Of a stretch of DNA of 64,000 nt, positions 56,537 to 64,000 are shown piece by piece. The stretch is taken from NCBI GenBank assembly GCA_963675745.2, contig CAXXWX010000007.1, positions 97,376 through 161,375 of the forward strand, in the 5' to 3' direction. Position 1 is the first letter of the stretch, and each line of letters begins with the position of its first letter. This DNA is from Phycisphaerae bacterium (GTDB taxonomy: Bacteria > Planctomycetota > Phycisphaerae > UBA1845 > Fen-1342). Made by a program: the position numbers and the translations under genes. The notes beneath the pieces are model-generated. The model worked only from the letters and a program-made list of their open reading frames with translations, did not search any database and was not told where the DNA came from.

Positions 56537-56689
56537 TTCCGCTGGCCACTGATCACATCAACGCTTTTGGTTCCAACAGGTCAGGTCGTGCCCGTTGTGT
56601 GCCCACTTGGTCGCGATGTCGTCCTGCCGCCAGCGCCCGGCCATGCTACGCTGCCCGGCAGGCACTGCGTTGGGATTGGCATGAGCTTG

Positions 56690-57619
56690 CTACTGCTCCA
56701 GGAATGACTCCGCCAGATATGTTGCTCTTCCGATGGCGCGCCGTGAAACAAGAAGCAGCACGAACGCGAGTATCCCCAGTGGCAAGTGCAGACAAGTCGT
56801 CAGCGGGTGAACGTAAAAAAGTACGTCACGCGCCAGTTGATCGATCGGGCGTGACGGGCCTTCAGCAATCTCGAACGTGAACATGATAACCGCCTCAAAC
56901 AGCATTAGCCCCGTCGCGACAAGGAACAACAGCCCGACCCCGATGAGACAGCCCGACAGCTTACGCGCCGGGATTCTGCTTGTCAGAGCGCCGAGATGGT
57001 GGAACAGTACGCAGGGGAATGCAAAGTAAGCTGCGATTTGGGCAATTGCCCGCGTCACGTATACAAGAGCTATGTTCCACACGCCGGAGGGAACCATCAG
57101 GCTCCCCACCGCCAACAGCGCCAGGGCTTGCGCAAGAAACACAGCCCAGATCAGGACACGCGGCAACATGACATGTCCGTCGGCCGAGGTTGCTGACTGC
57201 CCCACATATGCCCTTCTGGTCAGTTGTTGTACGGCGACAAACAGGATGCCGGCCACGATCACGTGCGTGCATCCGTCGATGATGAGCGTTGCAACGAAAC
57301 GCGGCGAGTTGAGTGCACCTGTGGTTCCCCCCGTCACCAGTTTGGCAACAGGTGTCGCGACCGACATGATTCCGGCAATCGCCGTAGCAACGATCGTGAG
57401 CGTAATCCCCCTCGTAGTCGAGCGAAGCTGATCATGCGGGGCGAGGCATAAGCGAGTGGTTCGAGCCGACTCGGAAACCTGCAGGCCGCACTCCGGGCAC
57501 GGCGCGGCCCTCTTCAGCGTTCGCGTGTTGTAACCACACCTGGCACACGGCAGTCCGACGCGTATTCGCCCATCCGCGTCCACGATGCGCGTACGTGTGC
57601 TGCCTGTCTTGGTCGGCAC
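56690..57619 (-). CDS. Hypothetical membrane protein with an N-terminal Zn ribbon
   Basis: CARCGY...CPECG followed by several TM helices; start uncertain. Confidence 0.7.
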   Translation of the reverse strand: MPTKTGSTRTRIVDADGRIRVGLPCARCGYNTRTLKRAAPCPECGLQVSESARTTRLCLAPHDQLRSTTRGITLTIVATAIAGIMSVATPVAKLVTGGTTGALNSPRFVATLIIDGCTHVIVAGILFVAVQQLTRRAYVGQSATSADGHVMLPRVLIWAVFLAQALALLAVGSLMVPSGVWNIALVYVTRAIAQIAAYFAFPCVLFHHLGALTSRIPARKLSGCLIGVGLLFLVATGLMLFEAVIMFTFEIAEGPSRPIDQLARDVLFYVHPLTTCLHLPLGILAFVLLLVSRRAIGRATYLAESFLEQ

Positions 57620-57832
57620 GGCTTGCACTTGCCATCTATCCCGGCCCACCAGGGGGCTTGCGTGCTTGGCGGACGCTGTCGCCGCGTTCGTATTGCCCCA
57701 TGCTTCCGTTGTTCGCGCTGGGCCCGCAACGGACACGGATTCGACGAACTTGGGCGTTGGCCGGTGGATCCCGGCGGTTCCCGGCGGTTCCTGTTTCGGT
57801 AATCCGTGGACTACGATACCGCGGCCGTCGCC

Positions 57833-57902
57833 GTGTGGCACGGCTCTACGAGCCGAGTTTCTCCGGCGGCAGCACAGCACGGCTTACAGAGCCGTGGCAC
57901 GC
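57833..57902. repeat. REP doublet family B
   Basis: CACGGCTTACAGAGCCGTGGCAC matches 25085-25107 with one mismatch. Confidence 0.75.
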
Positions 57903-57926
57903 GGCGAATTCGACGGCACAGGGTTG

Positions 57927-59120
57927 TTACTCCACCCGTGCTTGTGGGAACTTCTCGGCGACTTTCTTCAGGGCCGCCAGGGCGAAGTCGAGGTCTTCGC
58001 GTTCGTGGCCCGCGCTGATCTGGCAGCGCAGGCGGGCCTCACCCTTCGGGACCACCGGATAGCCGAATCCGCTGACGAAGACGCCTTCGTCGAAAAGGGC
58101 CTTCTGCATCTGGATTGCGGTGGGCGTCTCTCCGACGATAACGGGTACGATCGGCGTGATGCCCGCGACCGATTTGAGGCCCAATGCGTCGACGCCGGCG
58201 CGGAAGTGCTTCGTGTTCTCACGGAGTTTGGCCAGCCGTTGCGGCTCGCGCATCAAAACGTCGATCGCGGCCATCGATCCGTAGCAGACGGCCGGTGGCA
58301 GGGCGTTGCTGAAGAGCTGTGGGCGCGATTTCTGTACGAGATAGTCACAGACGACCTGCGAACCGGCGACATAACCGCCACATGATCCGCCGAGGGCCTT
58401 GCCGAGCGTGCTGGTCTGAATGGTGCCTTCGCCGATCACGCCAAAATGCTCGGCGGTTCCGCGTCCGGTTTCGCCGAGCACACCTGTGGCATGCGACTCA
58501 TCGACGATCAGGGCGGCGTCGTATTTGTCGGCGAGCTCCTTGAGGCGTGGCAGTTCGGCGACGTCACCTTCCATGCTGAAAACGCCGTCGGTGACAACAA
58601 TCCGGTTGCGCGCGGTTGCGCCCTTGAGCATCTCTTCGAGCTGGTCGAGATCGGCGTGCTTGTAGATAAAACGCTGGGCCTTGCTGAGCCGGATCGCGTC
58701 GATGATCGACGCATGGTTGAGTGCGTCGGTGAAGATCGCATCCTCTTTCGTGGGAACCAGCGTGGGTATCAGACCGACGTTGGCGTCCCAGCAACTGATG
58801 AATGTTGTGGCCGCCTCGCAGCCGATGAACTCGCAGACTTTCTGTTCGAGCTCCAGGTGGCAGGTCATGGTGCCGCAGATGAAGCGCACCGACGCCGTCC
58901 CCATGCCGAACTTCTCGATCGCGTTTCGACCGGCCGCAAGCACCTGGGGGTGATCGGCGAGTCCGAGATAGTTGTTGGACGACAACATCACGATGTCCCG
59001 GCCGTCCATGCGCGTGCGCGGCGCCTGTGGCCGCTGCAGCTCATTGGCCTGTTTATATTGGCCGCTGTCACGCAGCTCGGTCAGTTCGGCGGCAAGGGTC
59101 TTTTCCAACGTGGTTGACAT
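57927..59120 (-). CDS. kbl: Glycine C-acetyltransferase (2-amino-3-ketobutyrate CoA ligase)
   Basis: SNNYLGL, SVRFICGT, LNHASIID, DESHA, TLGKALGG, LFSN and ARLRCQISA. Confidence 0.92.
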   Translation of the reverse strand: MSTTLEKTLAAELTELRDSGQYKQANELQRPQAPRTRMDGRDIVMLSSNNYLGLADHPQVLAAGRNAIEKFGMGTASVRFICGTMTCHLELEQKVCEFIGCEAATTFISCWDANVGLIPTLVPTKEDAIFTDALNHASIIDAIRLSKAQRFIYKHADLDQLEEMLKGATARNRIVVTDGVFSMEGDVAELPRLKELADKYDAALIVDESHATGVLGETGRGTAEHFGVIGEGTIQTSTLGKALGGSCGGYVAGSQVVCDYLVQKSRPQLFSNALPPAVCYGSMAAIDVLMREPQRLAKLRENTKHFRAGVDALGLKSVAGITPIVPVIVGETPTAIQMQKALFDEGVFVSGFGYPVVPKGEARLRCQISAGHEREDLDFALAALKKVAEKFPQARVE

Positions 59121-59626
59121 TCGGCGGCCTCCTTCACGCGTTAGTGGGTTGGCCGTGCATTGTAGCGGTGGGGGGCGGTTGCGCAAAAGGCCCGGCGGGT
59201 CGGGGTGTGCTGTGATGGCACGTTCGTCTCGCGGGCCGGCGCCGCCTACAGGCCCTCAGTGCCCATCCCCGGAGGGATATACCCTAAAACTAGGGCATAT
59301 GCCCCAAGTGGCGCCGCCGAAAGAGTCTTCAACCTCAGTGTATTCTGTATTGCCGTTTTGTTCCCGACTTAGCGGGGTGTCACCCATGTCAGCCGGCCCG
59401 TCGAATCTGGATTGGGGCTTTACAAACCCTAACATTTGCCGTACACTCGGTCATAGGATTCGCACGTGCGGATGCCGCCCTTCACGATTGCGGCCTGGGT
59501 CGGCCATGGAATTGGTCACCATGGAGGGTGCAGGGGCCGCTTACCGGCGGGAATGGAACGGCTGCTCACACGCGTTTGCGCAGCCAGGCGCTGGTTGCCG
59601 ACAGCCGTCCCGTGGAGGAATTGGGC

Positions 59627-59878
59627 ATGCATTCAGAGTGCAGTGAACGAGCGTTGTCGCAAGCTGAGCAGGTTACGAGGATCTCGCGCGTTTTGGCTTT
59701 TTTTTCACCCGGGGAGCTTTCCGGGTTGGCCGACTACCTCGAGCGGGAGCTTGCAGGGCGGCTTGGGCTCCGCTCACAAAGTCGCGAATCTGCTCAGGCG
59801 AAGCGTCGTCGTAATCGGCCTCCCAATCGCGCAGGCGCGCCAGCGCCTGTTGGCGGGCCGATGCGTCTTCGACCATGA
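59627..59878 (+). CDS. Candidate small protein (83 aa) antisense to the neighbouring gene
   Basis: GGAGGA 7 nt before the ATG; upstream TTTACA-17-TACACT; amphipathic helical middle segment. Confidence 0.35.
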   Translation: MHSECSERALSQAEQVTRISRVLAFFSPGELSGLADYLERELAGRLGLRSQSRESAQAKRRRNRPPNRAGAPAPVGGPMRLRP

Positions 59879-59996
59879 GCAGAAAGCCGGCGGCACACAA
59901 ACGCGTCACCCAGTGGCCTGAGATGCGCGCCTCTTCGTAGAGCAGTTTCATGGCGGGATCGACCTGGAAGTTGATTTGGGGTCGGCGGCGGGTCAT
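59673..59996 (-). CDS. Small hypothetical protein, possibly ribbon-helix-helix DNA-binding
   Basis: AGGAG RBS; RPQINFQVDPAMKLLYEEA has an alternating strand followed by a helix; basic tail. Confidence 0.65.
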   Translation of the reverse strand: MTRRRPQINFQVDPAMKLLYEEARISGHWVTRLCAAGFLLMVEDASARQQALARLRDWEADYDDASPEQIRDFVSGAQAALQAPARGSRPTRKAPRVKKKPKRARSS

Positions 59997-60179
59997 GGGG
60001 GCTCCTGTCGAGGATGTCGTGTACTTCTAGGCTGTCTAATTATGGGCTTGACCAGCACGGCCGTCCAGTGCCTATAAATGCTAGATCGTCTATGCCAGCA
60101 CGCGCCCGGGGGCACGCCGGGCCCCGGCGCTGCTGGGAGCCGATGCGGCTCTGGTGGTTCAGGCGTCGCAAGCCGCGAC

Positions 60180-60603
60180 GGGAATAGCAGGTGTGGCAGG
60201 GCGCACCGTACGCCCGGGAATAGCAGGTGCGGCGAGCCGCATCCCTACACCTACGCCCGTGTGGGTGCGTCGCATCGCTGGGTGGAGGGCGCTTCGGCTT
60301 GCACGCGCAGGGTCCCCGCTCGCGCCGGACCCACCGCCGCCCGCCCAGCGGCTTTGCCCGCCCCAGCACCGTGGCGGCGCCGGGTTGCCGAACGCTCCTC
60401 ATCGGCGCCCGCGCCGCCCGGTCCCACCTTGCCGTGGTCGTAGCAGGTGCGGCGAGCCGCGCCCTACGGTGCTCATCGGCGTCCGCGCCGCCCGTCACGC
60501 CTTGCCGTGGTAATAGCTTGCCGTGGTCGTAGCAGGGGATAACGAGTGCGGTAGGGCGCACCGCATGCCTGGCAGCAGCAGGTGCGGCGAGCCGCACCCT
60601 ACG
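60180..60603. repeat. Mosaic REP-like cluster (AGCAGGTGCGGCGAGCCGCACCCTAC; reverse strand begins GTAG)
   Basis: Four copies at ~60185, 60221, 60441 and 60576, with repeated CTTGCCGTGGT and CTCATCGGCGYCCGCGCCGCCCG linkers. Confidence 0.75.
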
Positions 60604-60684
60604 ATGCGGCGCCGCGCAGGTGGGGGTGGTGAACCACGCGCCGCGGCGCCAGAGTGGCCATCCGGTCGACGAGGACAGCGGCCG

Positions 60685-62148
60685 CTACTTTGGCGGCGTG
60701 TCCTTGTATTGCTTTTGCAGGCGCAGCAGCTCGGCCTTGAGTTCCCTTACCGTGTCGGCATACGCCGGATCGTCGTAGACGTTCTTTACCTCATGTGGAT
60801 CCTCGCGCAGGTCGTACAGCTCCCATGCCTCCACCGGGCCGTGAAAACGAATCAGCTTATAGCGCTGCGTGCGGATGCCGTAGTGGGGACAGACTCGGTG
60901 CCAGCCGCCTTTGCCCTCGTGGCCATACTCGTAGTAGCGGTAGTACATCGCATCGCGCCAATCCGCGGGGGTTTGCCCGTGGGCGACACCGCGCATCGAC
61001 ACGCCCTGGATGTCGCTCGGCACGGCTACGCCGGCGTAATCCAGGAACGTCGGTGCGAAGTCGAGGTTCAGCACAATATCCTTGCTGACTGTCCCCGGCT
61101 TGATTTCGCGCGGGTAGCGCACCAGCAGAGGCATGCGCAGCGACTCCTCGTACATGAAGCGCTTGTCGTACCACCCGTGTTCACCCAGGAAGAAGCCCTG
61201 GTCCGACGTATAGACCACGATCGTATCATCCGCCAACCCGGCGGCGTCGAGATAGTCCAGCAGACGCCCCACGTTGTCATCAACCGACGCGACGCAGCGC
61301 AGATAGTCCTTGATGTAGCACTGATACTTCCATTCCTTGAGCGCCTGGCCTTCGAGCCCCTCGGGTGGCTTCTTCCCTTTCAGATCACTGGTTGTCAGGT
61401 GCCGGTCAATCGTCATCGCCTGGTTGCGGGCCGCGTCACAGCGCGTCGCGTAGTCATCGTCAAACGTCTCCGGCGTGGGGATATCGATGTTTTCGTAGAG
61501 CTTGGCGTGTTTCTCATCCGGCTGCCAGTTGCGGTGCGGCGCCTTGTGCTGGCACATGAGCAGAAACGGCGCGTCGCCTTTGCGCTGCTTGAGCCACTTG
61601 ATCGATTCATCGGTGATGATGTCCGTGGTGTAGCCGGTGTGCTCGACTTCGGTGCCCATCTCTATCATGCGCGGATTGTGATATGCGCCCTGACCCGGCA
61701 GCACGTTCCAGTAGTCAAACCCCTGCGGGTCTTCCTTCAGGTGCCATTTGCCGATCATCGCGGTCTCATAGCCGGCCTTTTGCAGCAGCTTCGGGAACGT
61801 CTGCTGTGAGGGGTCGAATGGCGCACGGTTGTCGATGGCCCCGTTGAGGTGGCTGTACTTCCCGGTCAGGATTGTCGCGCGGCTCGGCGCGCAAATGCTG
61901 TTGGTGCAGAAGCAGTTCGCAAAGCGCACACCCTGTCCGGCGAGTCGATCGAGGTTGGGCGTCTTGTTTATCCGGCTTCCGTAGCAGCTCATGGCCTGGG
62001 CCGCGTGGTCGTCGGACATGATAAAGACGATATTCGGGCGGCGCTTACCATCCTCCGCGGCAAAGACCCAACCGGGCAACGCCGCTGTCGCCGCGCCCAG
62101 ACCGGCGGCGCGCAAGATGTCACGCCGTGTGAGAACCTGTTTGTTCAT
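60685..62148 (-). CDS. Sulfatase (S1, Cys-type), Tat-exported
   Basis: TRRDIL twin-Arg signal, SDDH, CAPSRA and GKWHL. Confidence 0.95.
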   Translation of the reverse strand: MNKQVLTRRDILRAAGLGAATAALPGWVFAAEDGKRRPNIVFIMSDDHAAQAMSCYGSRINKTPNLDRLAGQGVRFANCFCTNSICAPSRATILTGKYSHLNGAIDNRAPFDPSQQTFPKLLQKAGYETAMIGKWHLKEDPQGFDYWNVLPGQGAYHNPRMIEMGTEVEHTGYTTDIITDESIKWLKQRKGDAPFLLMCQHKAPHRNWQPDEKHAKLYENIDIPTPETFDDDYATRCDAARNQAMTIDRHLTTSDLKGKKPPEGLEGQALKEWKYQCYIKDYLRCVASVDDNVGRLLDYLDAAGLADDTIVVYTSDQGFFLGEHGWYDKRFMYEESLRMPLLVRYPREIKPGTVSKDIVLNLDFAPTFLDYAGVAVPSDIQGVSMRGVAHGQTPADWRDAMYYRYYEYGHEGKGGWHRVCPHYGIRTQRYKLIRFHGPVEAWELYDLREDPHEVKNVYDDPAYADTVRELKAELLRLQKQYKDTPPK

Positions 62149-62183
62149 GCGTCACTACCTCCATTCTGCCCGCAGTGCGCCAG

Positions 62184-63668
62184 CTAGAGCGTTCCGGCCG
62201 GGCGCACATTGGTACCATCCACGTTGGTTAACGAATCCCCCAGATCGGCTCGCGCGCGCTCGGCGAGCGCCGTCAGCCGTTTGACTACCTCAGGGTGCTG
62301 TGCGGCGACGTTGTGCTGCTCACCAACATCGCTGCCCAGGTCGTACAGCTCCAGGCCGCAGGTCGGGTATGAGTATCCCGCAGGCTTTCCATTACGGCCC
62401 GGTGCGCCCGTCAGGCTGCGGTACTTGTGGGGAAACACCAGCTTCCACCGGCCCGAGCGCAGTGCTTCGAGATCATTCCGGTGGTAATAAAAGTACAGCG
62501 CCTCGTGCGGGGATTGCGCCCCCGGCGTGCCCGCCAGCAGCGGCCAGATGTCCAGCCCGTCGATTTTGTGTGGCGGCAGGGGGGCGTCGATGAGGCGCGC
62601 GATCGTCGGGAAGACGTCGATGGTCATTGCCGGTTCGCTGCAAATCGAGCCACGGGGGATCTTCCCGGGCCAGCGGGCGATGAGCGGCACACGCACGCCG
62701 CCTTCCCAGGTGGTGCCCTTACCCTCCCGCAGTGGCCCCGTAGTGCCCGCGTGGTTGCCGTAGGAGAGCCAGGGCCCGTTGTCGGTGGTGAAGATCACCA
62801 GGGTGTTGTCGTCGAGCCCCGTTTGTTCGAGTGTGCGCAAAATCTCGCCGACCGACCAATCGATCTCCATCATGACGTCGCCGTACAGCCCTTGTGCGGA
62901 TTTGCCCTTGAACTTGTCTGACACGAATAAGGGCACGTGTGGCATCGGGTGGGGCAGGTACAAGAAGAACGGTCGATCGCGATTGCGACGGATGAAATCC
63001 ACAGCGCGCTCCGTAAAGCGCGTGGTGAACTCGGTCTGATCGTCGCGCGTGATCCTTGCGTTCACGACTTTCTCGTTTTCAAACAGCGCGAGATCGGGAT
63101 ATCCGCGCTTGCGCTTGGCCGAGTCTGCCGGCAGGTCGGCATAATCGGGGTGCAGCGGCCACATGTCGTTGGAGTAGGGAATGCCGCAGAACTCGTCGAA
63201 CCCGTGCCGCGTTGGCAGGAATTTCGGGTGGTGTCCGAGATGCCATTTGCCGTAGATCGCCGTCGCATATCCCTTGGACCGGCAGAGTTCGCCCAACGTA
63301 ACTTCGCGCTCGTGTATGCCGATCTTGCTGCCGGGCCCGAGCGCGCCGGAGATCCCGATGCGGTTGGGGTAACAGCCGGTGAGCAATCCCGCGCGCGACG
63401 CGGAGCAGACCGGCTGCGTCACGTAGAAGTCAGTCAGGCGCACGCCAGCGGTCGCCATCCGGTCGAGATTGGGTGTTTCAAACCCCTTGGCTCCGTATGC
63501 GCCAACGTCGCCGTAGCCCTGGTCATCCGTGAAGATCAGTACGATGTTGGGCGGGCGTTTTCTTGCGTCGGCGCGGGCCGTGTTCCATACCGCGGGCAAA
63601 GTCAGGGCCGCCATCCCGGCGCCTGCCAGGAAATCGCGTCGGTTGCAGCTATGTTCACGCTTCTTCAT
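62184..63668 (-). CDS. Arylsulfatase A-like sulfatase, Tat-exported
   Basis: NRRDFL signal, [20 protein letters not shown] and DNGP. Confidence 0.95.
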   Translation of the reverse strand: MKKREHSCNRRDFLAGAGMAALTLPAVWNTARADARKRPPNIVLIFTDDQGYGDVGAYGAKGFETPNLDRMATAGVRLTDFYVTQPVCSASRAGLLTGCYPNRIGISGALGPGSKIGIHEREVTLGELCRSKGYATAIYGKWHLGHHPKFLPTRHGFDEFCGIPYSNDMWPLHPDYADLPADSAKRKRGYPDLALFENEKVVNARITRDDQTEFTTRFTERAVDFIRRNRDRPFFLYLPHPMPHVPLFVSDKFKGKSAQGLYGDVMMEIDWSVGEILRTLEQTGLDDNTLVIFTTDNGPWLSYGNHAGTTGPLREGKGTTWEGGVRVPLIARWPGKIPRGSICSEPAMTIDVFPTIARLIDAPLPPHKIDGLDIWPLLAGTPGAQSPHEALYFYYHRNDLEALRSGRWKLVFPHKYRSLTGAPGRNGKPAGYSYPTCGLELYDLGSDVGEQHNVAAQHPEVVKRLTALAERARADLGDSLTNVDGTNVRPAGTL

Positions 63669-63710
63669 GCTTCGTGACCTCGCCGTGCATGATCATCCTC
63701 TTGCAGCGAC

Positions 63711-64000
63711 CTATTCGTCCGGCGGTTTGTAGTCCGGGTTCGGGCGGGGCATTTTGGCGCCGACGCGTTTCTGCCATCCGCTCAGCAACGCGCGCAATTC
63801 CGCGGCTTTCTCCGGCATCTCGGCGGCCAGATCGTGTTGCTCGCCGATATCCCGCTTGAGGTTGTACAACTCGACGTGGCCTTCCTCGTAGAACTCGATC
63901 AGCTTCCACTCTCCAGCGCGCACCGCGGCCCCGGGTGTCCAGTCACAACCGTGATGGTGTGGGTAATGCCAGAAGAGTGCCTCGCGATCCAACGTCTTGC
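63711..64000 (-). CDS. Sulfatase, C-terminal part (truncated by the window edge)
   Basis: LFWHYPH, WKLI and ELYNLKRDIGEQHDL. Confidence 0.85.
   Translation of the reverse strand, partial: KTLDREALFWHYPHHHGCDWTPGAAVRAGEWKLIEFYEEGHVELYNLKRDIGEQHDLAAEMPEKAAELRALLSGWQKRVGAKMPRPNPDYKPPDE

Noticed and set aside
60180..60603. CRISPR array
   Set aside because: Irregular spacing, degenerate copies and repeated linkers; fits a REP mosaic.

Overview
A 64-kb, GC-rich chromosomal window. RpoB/RpoC signatures, a dockerin-like C-terminal domain, a DUF1570-like protein and three tandem sulfatases point to a planctomycete, most likely class Phycisphaerae (inference). It is mostly housekeeping and metabolic genes: dprA, a GH65 + HAD sugar module, mqnD, a ClC channel, hslU, feoAB, def-fmt-rsmB, ruvX, rpoB/rpoC, tsaE, thiL, ilvC, kbl and tRNA-His. 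One complete group IIC intron sits directly behind an intrinsic terminator. The most unusual observations are: (1) a GNAT-like gene with a 16-residue segment in place of the usual single residue in its acetyl-CoA loop, lying between rpoB and rpoC, which are detached from the ribosomal-protein operons; (2) a ~790-aa secreted, dockerin-tailed protein, split by two frameshifts, with 13 D-P-N tripeptides and an internal domain duplication; (3) two small convergent ORFs overlapping antisense by ~206 bp, each with its own promoter-like sequence and RBS; (4) a twin 22-bp operator around the feoAB promoter; (5) at least five REP/MITE-like palindrome families, some supplying stop codons. All calls come from reading motifs by eye; no database search was run.
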